Shown piece by piece: positions 32,578-45,907 of a stretch of 64,000 nucleotides of DNA. Positions within the stretch are counted from its first letter, which is position 1. The number at the start of each line of letters is the position of its first letter. This stretch comes from Azolla caroliniana. Lineage: Eukaryota > Plantae > Polypodiophyta. The stretch spans positions 558,001 to 622,000 of the forward strand of contig JBHGNT010000022.1 of assembly GCA_043228905.1 (NCBI GenBank), written 5' to 3'. Below the pieces are notes generated by a model that did no database searches, was not told where the DNA came from, and saw only the letters and a program-made list of their open reading frames with translations. Both the position numbers and the translations under genes were made by a program.

Positions 32578-32809
32578 TGTAAAATGCCTCAAACTCTCTT
32601 CCTTCTTTCTATTACATTTGAATGCTTTTATACACCTTGGTAATACATTCCAAGATACATTCGATTATCTTGGCACACTTACCTCTAACTAACCTCTTAC
32701 TAACTTTAGTGTAACTAACTAACCCAAGGTCTAACTCCCCTAACCCTGGTTATAACTACTTGGGTTAGGGGAAGGGTTTTGGCCTGTGGTTTTACCACGC
32801 GATCCCACA
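32578..32809 (-). repeat. 5' LTR (232 bp) of the Ty3/gypsy element
   Basis: Matches 27867-28083; followed on the minus strand by the PBS. Confidence 0.95.
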
Positions 32810-33110
32810 ATATTCTTGGGGCCATTTCGTATTCTCGAATATTAAGAATGTCACGCATGGAGAATATATGACGAATATCACGCATGTGTCAATCTATGGA
32901 TCATATGATATGAAGATTCCATTAGTGAAGTAGACCATATTTGTTGCAAATATTCTATAGTCACCGATTGAATAAATAAATGTGTCAAAACATTATAATA
33001 GTCTTGAAAATGCTCGCCATCTTTTTATGCAAATATATTTCTCTAGCTCTAAATTGAATCAATATGATCCAATAGTTATGTTGTGGTCACATCCAAATGA
33101 AAGTTTCATC

Positions 33111-33480
33111 CTTTCTATCATAACAAGTTAACAATATGCAATGACAGCTAAGTTTCAAGTTCTAATGGTAAAAAAATAGCACACAATTATCTAAGAAAGC
33201 TTTCATATCCTCCAATAAATGAGGGTGGTTAAATCACTTAGTGAAGATAGGATAGCCACCCCTAAATTTCAAATATCAAAGAAAGCATGCACAATGAGTG
33301 TATGATAAAAGAATTCTCTTTCTATCAAACGAGTTAAGAATATGCAATGATAGCTAAGTCTCAAGTTCCAATGATAAAATGGTACATAATCATCTAAGAA
33401 ACCTTTCATATCCTCCAATAAATTGGGGTGGTTAAATCACTTGGTGAAGATAGGATAGCAACCCCTAAATTTCAAATATG
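33111..33480. repeat. Direct duplication, period ~207 bp, downstream of NFU
   Basis: CTTTCTATCA...GGTGGTTAAATCACTT.GTGAAGATAGGATAGC.ACCCCTAAATTTCAAATAT occurs twice. Confidence 0.85.
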
Positions 33481-34222
33481 CACAATAAGTGTATAACAGA
33501 AGAATTCTCTTTTTCTTTGTCATACAAGGTTTCTATGAGATTGACCCAATATCAGCATATGATTTCTCTTATTCATTGGGAAACACCATAACTTAAGACA
33601 TCATAACGTTACTCTTGCAACCAACAAAAAGAAATGCTATGCACAAGACAAAATGTTATTTGCAATGATATAATTGTTATGCCTAGTTCTTTCTCATCTT
33701 CCATATAAGTTTATACTTGAAACACAATCAATATCTTATAGCTTAGCCATTGAGATAAACCAACAAATGAGAAAATCATTGCAAGAATGAAAATATATGA
33801 GAAACAATTTGCATCTGCGATATTGTCTCTCCAACTACCTCTTCAAAACTTGCTTCATTACACATTCATATTATTGATTCATATCCTTTTGCTGTCATTC
33901 CCCAAAATGACAGTTCTCTACACATGGTGAAAATCATAATGTGTGTATATATCAATATTACAAGCTATTATTTTGGGATGATTTTCCCACACTGAATTGA
34001 AAGCAGTGAAACCTCAGTTGACACATTAGTTAAGAAGGCAGGCACCACAGCTCATGCTGCTGGTACATATAAAAAAGCTTGAAGATCAAAAGGGAAAATC
34101 ATTTATACAATCAGCCAAATCGTAAAAAGATGAGCTAGAACCTGACATGTTGTTCAATGTAATGTTCTCCTTTATGTGCACAGAACTGGTTTATATCCGC
34201 TCACCTCTTCATAACAGCAATT

Positions 34223-37200
34223 TCAGCTTTCCTTATTTTCTACATCCTCGGACTCTTCATCTTTAACTTCCTCTACACCTTTGACCTGTAAATAAGTTCA
34301 TTTTAAGCAAAACATCTAGAGACCTGGACATCATCTGAAATAATCAATTTTTTCTTTATTTCCCCCAATACCCCACTTTACATCTTCATTATTTCCCCAA
34401 ATAATCTAGGTCAGCCTCACAAAGAGAGAAAAAAGGGCTAAATTTACAACATAATTGCAAAAATACCAGATATTGTGAAAAAATGGGGTTAAATTTACCT
34501 TATAATTTCTCAAACAGCATATGTTGTAAAAGCATAACATTGCTCAAATAGCTAGTGTAATAGTTTGTAACAATATAATTTGTCAACATACACACAACAA
34601 AAAGAACTTTATGCCTGAGCAATCCATTCCTGTTGTAATGATTGACGCTAAACTACAAGCTAAAAGCTCCATGCACTCTATTATACATCTTTAAGTGGTA
34701 AGAATTTAAGTGCATAATCTTTTTACCTCTGGTACATAGTGCATGAGCATGTTTTGTATGCCACTTTTGAGAGTCACTGAAGAACTTGGACACCCACTGC
34801 ATGCTCCTTGCATCCGCAACTTCACAATTCCTGTCTCCCTAGAGACAAAGAAATAATTGGAATTTTTCTCCATCCAAGTATGTCTAAAAGACTAATAGAG
34901 AAAATACATACAGCAGGCAACAAACTGAAAATGAGCTTTACCAAAAGACTAAATAGCAACATACTACAATAGACAAAAGACTAAAGAAACTCACTTTTAA
35001 TACGGATAGAGAGACAAAACAACAACTAGCTATAGAAGCAAGTTTGGCATGGGATATGGATATAACTTTGCCTCATATATCAGGCTATACCTTCAAAAGC
35101 TACAGAAGATGAAAATCTTGTAATATTGAAACCAATACACTCATTCAAGAAAACTTTGAAATAATACTGGCGAAATAGTAACATCAACAGACATCAACTT
35201 TGGATCAAGCATAGCTCACAGGCATTCCCAACAAAGATATATATGCCCATTGCCCATGCCCAAATGTACCAAATCATGACGTAGCTTTCAAGTCATGGGC
35301 ACTATCCCATTTGGACAAGGACCATGTGTCAAAGCACAATGAAACATTATTTTATCAAAGCGTCCTCCCTCCTTAGGACCAATATACAAAAAACTTGCAA
35401 AACATCTGAATAAATTTCACAATAAATTTTGAAGTTACTTCACATTGCTTGTCAAGCATGAGTATCCAGCAAGTCATGAGGTGCTACGGTCCTTATAATA
35501 TGTGCATTGTGACCTTCTGCAATGCAGACAACATTATGTTCCGTATGAATTTACAGTGACCAAAATCTCCTGGTCAAAGCTTTGGTTGATTTTCATCACT
35601 GATTGTGGGACAAAACAGACCAGAGTGCAAAATCTGATCCATAAGTTCTAGAATGAACAGTCTGAGTGGTCCTGCATAGATAAGACCTGACACAGATCAA
35701 TTGCATTCTAGAATATAGTATCTTCATTAGAAATATACACTACCATTTCCACTCAATCTAGTTACTCTGTAACTTTGCATTTCCTTTGTTCAGACGAATT
35801 TTAGTGAGCCCTAATCTGTCACCATTGTTCCTCTTTCACTAAGAGCAGTTTGAATCATGCAGCAACAATTTGAATGCAATCATTGTTAGTTGTATCATCT
35901 CCTAGGACATCACAGCCAGAGTTCATTGCTGTCATGTCTTTCTTAGAGGTTTCCTAAAATGTCATCACTTGGCATGTTTGAAATTGTCTATAAATGTTTC
36001 GTATTGCTTGTTAGATAAACTAAACGCATTTCATGTCATGTTAATATCCATGACAACCTTATATAACTCATATTATTAGTGTCAAGTAAACTAAAAAATG
36101 ATCCAATATTGCCCAAAGATCCACTATGTCAGGCACCTCACTGATCACATAGAAAATCTATCCACGTTCTACAAGGGAGCCTCCTGCTAAAGAATCCCCC
36201 AGCCAATCAAAGCATCCCAGACAAAAGGGGAAGAAAATTTGCATTGCATCCATGGAGGCAATGGAAGCTTCGCTCATGGAGTATATATCACTGAAGGATC
36301 CCATTGTGGGCAAAGACGTTACTATTTCTTTGAAACAATGCTCTCTTTACCAACATGCGTATTAACTCTCATAGAGCCCTCACACTCCGTCGCACTCAAT
36401 CACACAAGCTAGGTATTGAAGTTGCATTATGCATCAAGTGTGTCAAATATAAAGGCATGCAATGCAATGAAGTCCTTGTCAAAGATGGATATACCACTTG
36501 TTTTTTACATGGGTATACTGCAATTTGAGAAAACTATGAAACTACGATGACATATTAAGAGGGGATGAGAACTTGAGTGTCATACTTAAGAGACCACCAA
36601 GAAGGTTGAGCTCATATTTGTATGTCTTATTCACACATACAGACTTTATGCATCAAAGTATGAATATCACTTCTTAGGAAGGAGACATATCAAGAAAATT
36701 TGTGTACTCAGGTTCCATGGGTCAATATTGGCCTCTCTATGGGCGCCAAAAATATAGCTACATATCTTATAAGATTGTCAAGAAAACAACTGATAAAAGA
36801 CCTTGTATCCCTAATCTTGAGGGCTTCAGTGCTGTCTATAGCTAGGTAAACAAGTCCCCCAATTCACCACTATTTCAGAAAACTACTGTGCTTTCATTGA
36901 TTATATTGGCCACCGACACATGTAAATCTGCATTTGACATGTCCTTAGATAGCATTCAGTATCCCTCCTAATATACTATACATTTATATAGCATTTGCAC
37001 GAAATTAATATTGCTTGATATAACAACACAACCATACGCCAAAAACATACTCATCAAATCCATGATATTCAATATCACCACCATCATCTTGCACCGCAGG
37101 CCGTATTCTTGTCTCTATCAATTCCTTTATCATTGCAACAATCTCATCATCATCCTGTGACAGTAAGTATGATCAGTGAAAAATGCTGTAAATATGTATG

Positions 37201-40200
37201 TGTGCGTGCATATATATAAATATCTATTTATATATTTATTGTGCATGTTTACATACACAAAACAGGAGCTTCAACTTACAAATAAAATGTTAACGAGCTA
37301 CAGCCCCATGTAAAAACATCACTTACTTCATACGTTCATAGAAATAACATTGATTCACATGGCATACCTCTTTAATGGCAGTATCAGATGGAGACGATGT
37401 TACTGAATCATAAAAGAGAGGCTGCTTTGAAGTATAAAAATCCATAATAGAAGCAAACACTTCTGGTTTCAAGATATCCCAGGATGACTCTTCAGACTTT
37501 GTAACAGTAACAAAGTTTGAACCAAAGAAGATCCGAGTTACTCCTGCCAAAACATTAAAAGACTTAAAATACTCACTATGAATAATATCCAGACAAACAT
37601 GGTACCAAGTTTCAACAATATAATCAGTGATACTCAAATCTTGGCTTTACGAGAATTTGCATCCAGGGAATAGAAATTCGAGAATGGGATCAAGACTGCA
37701 ACTCAGAAAGGGATTAAAAACCAGCCGTGTATAGCACCAAACAACGTCCAAGTTTTTCTCCTTACAATTTTCATTCATCAAATATGGGACACAACAATAT
37801 AGATCTAGAGTACTTGCTTTGAGTCGTCGTGAAAATTGATAACCACCTTGTAGATGTGGCTTCAATAAAAAAATATTCACAAAGCTTGAGATTACCACAT
37901 ATTAACAATGTGGCAAGCGACATAAGTAGTGACTCTACAGAGGGCGACCCAAATCTGCAACGCACAGATCCCTCCCTTGCTTCTGATGTCTCCTTCGATC
38001 GCCTCTGGGTGAGGTCATCCTTAAGATGCCAATGAGAACTATTTTAGGCTGATGACCAAGATGCCAATATAGGACGCTCTGAGATAGCAATATCTTAACT
38101 TTTATTTTCAATCATTCATCTTCTTTGATATTTTTTTCATTTGATATCAGAGCACTCTACACTCTTCTTTTCATCTCTTTGAGCTTTTTCTCCTTTTATG
38201 TAATTATGCTCCTGCTTTCAGCTCAATCAAACCGAACCATTAAGCCATGGTTTAACGGTTTATCAGTTCCGATATAAATAAATGGTTTGGCTTGGTTCAA
38301 TTATTATTAAACGGTTTGATATTAGTTCGGTTTGGTTCTAAAACTTGGGTTGATCGGTTTATAGGTTTTATTTTTTTAATGGTTTAATTAATGTTTTTTT
38401 ATTTATTGATTTAATTCATTTAACTTAAATTCTTATTTAATGTAATGGTTTTTTAATTTAATGTATTTTTGTTTTTGTTTTTCTAATTAGTTTGACTTAA
38501 ATGATTACGTTCAAATTTTTTTATTAAATGGTTCGGTTTGGTTTCAACTTTTCTCTAAATGATTTGGTTTACATGGTTTGGTTTACCTTTTCCTTAAATG
38601 GTTTGGTTTAAGTGGCTTGAGAGTTCATACACAGTTTGGTTTTGTTTTTGGTTTCTGTAAATGGTTCGGTTCAGTTTGGTTTGGTTTCAAGGCAAAGAAA
38701 CTGAACCAAACCAAGCCCATAGCTTTGTATGGATAAGATCTTATGATTCGTAGTACCTTTTCAGTTCCACTATGGTATTTTGTACTTTGGAGTTATTCTT
38801 ACCAATTACTGATATCCAAAAAACATGTCTTCTATATCTTAGATTTCATATGCTAAATTTGACCCAAGGAAGCGTCACTGTTTATCATAGAACACCTCAT
38901 GTAGTTTTAATTTTTATTACAGGATTTAAATCCTCGTTCAGAGATACGTTTGTGCCATACATGTAAATCTTGGAGAGACACTAACCAATGCGAGGGAATT
39001 TCTCCAATTCAGAAAATCAAACTAACAAAAGCATATGAATAAAAATAAAAGAATAATGACTCAAATACATGCCATTAATTTATTCACAGACAGAAACATG
39101 TGGAGCTAATTTAGAATATGAAATAAAGAATTTCCAGCGTCACAAAGTGAAGAAATGCAAATAGAAATTCACTCCTCAAGAAAGAGCATCCTACTGTAAA
39201 ATGAGAAAAGGATGTGTGATATGTACCATCTATTCTGAAAAGAGACTTTGCGAGTGGGGATGACATCCCTGCTCTACTGTTTGGGAAATCCGCACTTCCT
39301 TGTTCCATCACAGGATTTCCAGGTAAAAACATCAAGGATTGTGGGTTCGGTGTCGATTGAGTTTGTATGAACAGATTTTTATGCTGCCCTATTGAGCCGA
39401 TCTATCAATCACACATACAAGGAGATATATCAGTATTCATCACAATTACAGAACAATTAAAAAACAAATTTGACGTGTGGTTTCAGAGGGGGGGAACCGA
39501 AAATCATGTTCTTTAGGATCCAAACATAGATTTAGGGCACGGCATTGAAAAAGAAAACATATCAGAATTCATCTCCAGCATTAAAAAGACAAATCAGTGA
39601 ATATGTACCCAAATTTATTGTCAATACAATTGCAACATACATACGAAGCTTGAAATCTCGAGTTCCAAAACGAAAGTTACGATTCTAAAATTTAGACTTG
39701 CATTCAAGAATTAAAAATGTGTGAAAAGCGAACAAAGGAAGTTGCAAAATAAGACATTAAAATACCTGTGAAGCTGGGACAACATGTAGATTGACTTGAA
39801 AATGCAAAAATAAGGAAATGAAAGGTTTGTATTAAATAAGACGAAGAAACTACATAGAAATCTCAGGTTACAAAAAAATGCTATGGCTTTTAACACACAG
39901 AAACACGTTACAAGGGCATGAAGTCTTGTTTTAACATAAAAATGAATCTGAAAAGCTCTAAATTACAACATGTTAGATGTACGTAGAAGGGGTGTAACGG
40001 AGAACCAGAAAGTTGCATCGATTTATATATGTGTGCATGTTACAACAGTGTCAGATGTGTATGTATATCGATGATAAACCTGAAAATCTATGTACTAAAC
40101 ATATAACTTTTAAGTGCGAGGACATGAATATGCGTTGACAAAGAACATGAAAGTTATGTATATGCACTTGCAGTGAATTACTGAACAGGAAAATAAGAGA

Positions 40201-40477
40201 AGAAGAAGAAGAAGAAAAACAGAAAACATACCTTGAAAAGACCTGAACGAACGCAGAGAAGAGATGAGGAAATTGTGGGAGGAGAAAATCTGTAACTCCT
40301 GACGTTATGATGAAGACGATGATGCGGAAGGAGCGAATCGAAGGCGATGGAGGCTGATCGGAAGGTAGAGATGCATCGATTGAACTGGTGAAGAGAAAAG
40401 GCATCGCGGGGAGAATCTCTGCGGAGAAGGTGCTGCCATGGCTGGCGATGGAGCAGGAGCAGACGACGACGCACCAT
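34223..40477 (-). CDS. NFU4: NifU-like Fe-S cluster carrier, mitochondrial (NFU4/NFU5 type); exons 40477-~40232, ~39388-39227, 37543-37368, 37154-37051, 34838-34727, 34285-34223
   Basis: [73 protein letters not shown] (CxxC); Arg/Ser/Leu-rich presequence in exon 1; intron-1 boundaries ambiguous. Confidence 0.9.
38225..38720. mobile_element. MITE-like AT-rich element with AAACCGAACC/GGTTCGGTTT subterminal repeats in an NFU intron
   Basis: Many GGTTTGG/GGTTCGG motifs like those in 53648-54072; ends and TSD not resolved. Confidence 0.6.
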
Positions 40478-40584
40478 GGCCGAGGATTCGAAGCAACCAA
40501 CGAGAGGAGGAGCAGCAGAAGCAGAAGCAGAAGCACAGGTGTTCAGAGAAGGAAAAATCCATATTTACGGAAATGCCCTTGGCC

Positions 40585-41450
40585 CTCGTATTTTCGTAAT
40601 TCCCGAAATACCCCTTCTCGTATTTTCCGTGATTCCCGAAATACCCCTCCTCGTATTTTCGACTATTTCCCAGAATGCCCCCCCCCCCCCTTCCCTCCCT
40701 CGTCTTTTCCGTAATTCCCGAAAATACCCCTCCTCGTATTTTCGTAATTCCCGAAATACCCCTCCTCGTATGATCAACTATTTCCCAGAATGCCCCCCCC
40801 CCCCGGCCGTCTTTTCCTAATTCCCGAAAATAACCCTCCTCGTATTTTCGTAATTCCCGAAATACCCCTCCTCGTATGATCAACTATTTTCCAGAATGCC
40901 CCCCCCCTCATATTTTCCTAATTTCCGAAAATACCCCTCCTCGTATTTTCGTAATTCCCGAAATACCCCTCCTCGTATGATCAACTATTTCCCGGAATGC
41001 CCCCCCCCCCTCATATTTTCCTAATTCCCGAAAATACCCCTCCTCGTATTTTCGTAATTCCCGAAATACCCCTCCTCGTATGATCAACTATTTCCCAGAA
41101 TGCCCCCCCCCCCCTCATATTTTCCTAATTCCCGAAAATACCCCTCCTCGTATTTTTTACTATTTTCCACAATTATTTTCGTAATTCCCAAAATACCCCT
41201 CCTCGTATTTTCGACTATAGAATGCTCCTCCTCGTATTTTCGTAATTCCCGAAATACCCCTCCACGTATGATCGACTATTTCCCAGAATGCCCCCCCTCC
41301 TCCCCCCTCGTATTTTCCTAATTCCCGAAAATACCCCTCGTATTTTTTACTATTTCCCAGAATGCGCCTCCTCTTATTTTTGTAATTCCCGACAATACCC
41401 CTCCTCGTATTATCGACTATTTCCCAGAATGCCCCTCTCCTTATTCTCAT
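40585..41450. repeat. Hierarchical tandem array (~30-bp subunits, ~100-bp higher-order unit with poly-C tract) immediately upstream of NFU
   Basis: Subunit CGTATTTTCGTAATTCCCGAAATACCCCTCCT; GAATGCCCCC anchors at about 40673, 40788, 40894, 40996, 41098, 41286. Confidence 0.95.
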
Positions 41451-43387
41451 GAATTCCCCAACCTTCCCCTTTGTGCTTTTCGTAACTCCCAAAACGAGGT
41501 TGTTAATAAACATGTATTCTACGTTTTAGAATACGATCCAGTATTCTACACGTATTCCTACATTTTAGAACTACCATTTTATAATATTTCACATATATTC
41601 TACGGATTATGCATTTAACAAGTATCCAAAAAGTTTAAACATTATTCCTTTTGCTTTTTTTAACTTTAAATTCGAAGAAGCATTTAATATATTTTACATG
41701 TACATATGTATTCTACATATTTAATTAAGTATTCTACACATATTCAACGTATTTTCAAAAAACTCCCTTTCTGATATTGTCATCTTTTTCTTTTTCTTCG
41801 TTAAGAACTATGCGGCCTTGGCACAAAGCTTCAATGATTCTCGTTGAAGCATCAAAAACACACGTAACTTGTCAAAAACAGAACTATTTATATCAATCAA
41901 TGTTGCTTCCTTGTATAGAATCTCAATTGTTCTTTCACTAGATTTCTTTCCTTTGCCTTTTTCTTCTTATTGTCGTCATGTTTTTTTCATGTTCCAACTC
42001 CTCTTTGTTCATGGTATCCTCCTTGTTTGATTCATATTCCATTTTCTCTTTCTTCATCCTTTATTGCATCTCTCAAACAATTTTGTGGATATGATAAGTG
42101 GCTTCGAACCAACCCATTAGAGTTTGAATTCTTAAATTGACTGATTGCAATTTCACAATGTGACATTTTCAAAGTGAGGAAAGCATGAAAAAGTTTTACT
42201 TTACAATAGGTCAAGATTTGGGTCAAAGTGATGGCCAAATGAAAATGCGAGAATGACAAGATCAAGACAACAATAATGAAGGGGAGAAGACATGTTACAT
42301 GCACATACATATAGTTTTAGATCCAAGAAACCTCAAAGGGATCTCTGGCCCTCTTTAAAATTTATGTCTCGCGTATTTTGTGAATGAACATTAAAAATCA
42401 TTGCACATTCCTAGAAAGGCCTCATCAAGTACCACATGAGTTGAAAACATAGTGTATAACATATATAAGCCACATAGTTCATTTCTATACATAGTTTAAA
42501 TGACACAAGAAGAATGTAAAGCTATAAAAAAGAATTTAACTTACAATCAATCTTGAATTTGACATACATATCTCGAAAAACACACATGGGAAAATCCAAA
42601 TTCATATCAATAATGCAACTACTAACAAATTAAGAAAGTGTTTATTTTCATGGATAGGTTCATAATAAACCCACTCCATTATTTTTTGCCAAACACATTG
42701 ATCAAACAAATGGCAACCTTCATGTCAGTAGGTCACAAAAGTATAGATGCTAACATATGGGTTTATATGTATGTAAAGTCAAGAGGACATTGGGAATAGT
42801 GAAATGCAGAAAATGATCGCACAGATTGAGGCTGGAAAACCCTCAATTGTGGGAGTTGAGTTTGTAACTATGTTGAAAGATTGGAAGATGCAAGTTATGC
42901 AAGTACCCAAGGTCGCGGTGAACATTGGTAATCCTAGGGGAAGAGTTCATGGTTTGAGGAGACCCCATATGGTCCTCATCAACAATAACTTAGGTAGATT
43001 GGAAACCGGATGCTCTTTTGACCTGGAGCCTGAATCAAAAGGTGAAAGGGGAGAATACTCGAACTTGAAGACGTTTTGTAGTAGGGCAACACTTTGTATA
43101 CGATACCTTACATTTGAATAAGAGGTTGAGGTGCTACAGACGTTGTGGAAGAGCTCCCCGATACAAGGGGAGTTTATGGACCTTGTTCAAGATGTTCCAT
43201 TGGTTTGCATATGAAAGCTGCAAGATCTAGTGTTAAAGCCTGGTTTGTTCCACTTCCATCGAGGTGAATTACCCATTGCTTGAATGTGGAAAATAAGAAT
43301 GGAGTGGGAATTTATATGGAGTATGGTGGAGGCATATTTGTCGAGCAAGGGAAAATCCCCCTTGGCTTTTTTCTTGAACCCAAGCCA

Positions 43388-43610
43388 ATGAGAATTTGCT
43401 CTTGGAATATGCAAGGACTTGGTGGGTCACAACATAAGCTAGAGAAGCGGATTTCTAGGAGGGAGTTTGAAGCTAGTGGCTTAAGTAAGATGATTGAAAT
43501 TTTGCTCTTACAAGAGCATCACCTTGGACGAGAAAGAACAAACCTTTTCAAATATTTGTTGCTAGGGGATTGGTACACATGGTGGTCTCCTGCTCATGGC
43601 GAGTTTAAAG
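43388..43610 (+). mobile_element. L1-type LINE endonuclease N-terminal remnant
   Basis: MRICSWNMQGLG...ILLLQEHHL matches the APE start SWNVRGL...LQE. Confidence 0.75.
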
Positions 43611-44034
43611 AGGAGAGGTGGCTTCTGATGATTTGTCGGAACCATTTCGTATCACAGGCTACTCCCGAGTTGTGGCAAAGCTTCAAGTTTCTATCAAGAT
43701 GAGTGGTGATGGATCGACAATCCGTCATCCTGAATGTGTACAACATATTCAAGACATAGTGTCATTGAGTTAGCAATATGCCATTGGGGGAGTGGATCAC
43801 TTCGATCTCGAGGAAGTAATGAAGGTCCCCTAAATCCTTCATTTCAAATGCTTTTGACAATTGAGTTTTTACTTGCGAGGGGATTGATAACCAGTGACGA
43901 CCATGTCATCTACGTACATCAATATGCAAACTGGACCCTTTTAACCTTTTCAGATGAACAATGAACAATCAAACTTCGAGACCAAGAGCCAAGTGCTCGA
44001 TTCTTCAGTCGTGAGTAGAACTTCTGACTTGACC

Positions 44035-44230
44035 TACGCTCGGCTTCATATATTTTGATGCGAAGCCTACACATTTATCCCACGTGAGAAAGGGCACCAA
44101 GTTGGCGCCCCATTCAACAAAGTGTATCTTTCTCGGTTATGGAACCGATAGGGAATTCAACTATAGGCTATGGGATCCAGAGAACTAGAATTTGATCTGG
44201 AGTAGTGATTTTGTCTTCAATTAAGACTCA
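44035..44230 (+). mobile_element. Ty1/copia post-integrase remnant
   Basis: LHIF*CEAYTFIPREKGTKLAPHSTKCIFLGYGTDREFNYRLWDPEN...SSDFVF. Confidence 0.8.
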
Positions 44231-45907
44231 ATTCTCTTCGACCGATCCTAGCCAAAATTTGGGGAAAAGGTCACTTTCGATCTTTTTGGGAAAGAATATG
44301 AAGTAGACATGTCGATCATTGAATCTGAATTGGCCATCCGACGAACTGTCGAAGCCAACTCAACTAGCAACCCATCTATCAAATCTCTATCGACAAGAGG
44401 TTTAACAGCCAACTCTAAATCAACCAGATGATTGACTAGAGCCCAATTGGGTAAAATGACCAACGGCTGATTTGAACCAGCCACGACACACAAAGACTGG
44501 TCAATCACTCATGAGGAAGAGGTGGATCCAACACCGTTGCATGACAATTGCCATAGCAAATCCCCCCAATGATCTCCTTCACACAATGGTTCTAACAATG
44601 TCAGTTAGACACATGTGCCAATTGTAAGATTTGCAGAGGTGTAAAGTTAACTCAAAATAGGTGAAAATTTAGTGTGAAGACTTATGCCAAACAAATAATG
44701 TTTACTATCTATATGTCAAATTTATCATAATGTTAGCGCAAAACAGGTGAAAAATCCTATGATGTGTTTTGGGACTTGAAGGTGCTTGAAACAAACCATA
44801 TTTACTACCCATGCCAAATTTGTCTCATAGCTACAATGATTCTCCCACTCCACAAGATGACATACAATGGTCCACTTGTGTGGTCGCTGAGGTGATAGTT
44901 TTGTGTGATTCATTGAAGATGGCAAAAACATCAACAAAAAGTCATGACAATAAGTAATGTTAACTAAACAAACAAAAATTCTATGAAAAATAAGGGAGAG
45001 AGCTCTAAACTCCATAGTTTAATTCATCCTCTATATATCAGTCAATGACTTACAAAAAGTTCACAATTATCACCAAGAGCTAGACTATATTCCCCAACAC
45101 TACATGCACCTAAATGAGTATAGAGTTCTCAAGGTATTCGCCCAAAAGTAGTTGACTTTAGTTACTTCTCATCGCCAACATCATACTCAAGTTCTAACCT
45201 TTTTGTGAGACAATTAAAAATAGTCATTAATTGCTTCAAAGGATATACATTTGAGCTTCAAGTATCACAATCTCTCTTCATGTCATTAATTGCTTCTACG
45301 GACACATTTGAGCCTTTAAGGATCACACTCTCTCACTTGAGATGCTTTCACAAATAGAAAATAATGTACCTATCCCCCATGCAGAACACTTCCCTATAGA
45401 GTTGACCACAAAAATAATAAAATAAACATATTCTTTCCATAGTGAGATGAAGTAGGACATGTTTGGTGGAACATTAAGACATATTTAGGGTAAGGTAACT
45501 CCAAAACAGTTCACCATATAAATAACTGTTCTCAAAGATATCAGTAAAAATATCCGAGCTACATAAATTAGTTATTATTTCACTTTCATAAAGAAAGAGG
45601 GTGCATTTGCACATCACGATTTAGAAGAAATCAGTCCATTTTATGTAATTTGATGTTTCCGTGAGTTGATTAAAGCTAACAGAACACAAATTTTAACAAT
45701 GCAATATCACAAGAAGCATTTTTTTCATAATCAACAAGAAGCATTTTGACATCGAGCTTCGAAGGATGATCAATGATCAAAATATATGTTTCTGTTGGGA
45801 ATATCAAGTGATCTTTGGTATACAAGTAAATACATGAAATCAGCTCATATTAACAGCCTCTCCTCTAGGAAGACATTCGCACCATCTTTAGAATTTTTAA
45901 TTTAGGT

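Larger units (their letters stand above)
27867..32809 (-). mobile_element. Full-length Ty3/gypsy LTR retrotransposon, 4943 bp, no chromodomain
   Basis: LTRs 32578-32809 and 27867-28083 (TG...CA; 3 substitutions plus one 15-bp indel); TSD ATAT at 27863-27866 and 32810-32813; PBS TGGTGGAGAA 32572-32563; PPT GAAGGGGAGAG 28095-28085; gag-PR-RT-RH-IN order. Confidence 0.96.
27408..32898. mobile_element. Second, inverted copy of the 8700-9547 hAT MITE family, interrupted by the Ty3 element
   Basis: Right end TCAATCTATG at 32889-32898; left end CAGATTGAGATATTCGCATT; joined flanks GAATGGTTCTATAATATTCTTGGGGCC match the reverse complement of 8770-8800; degenerate TSD GATTCATAT/GATCATAT. Confidence 0.75.

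Noticed and set aside
40305-41513. Repetitive ORFs (RKYEEGYF...) upstream of NFU
   Set aside because: Products of the tandem array on both strands with frame-breaking poly-C length variation
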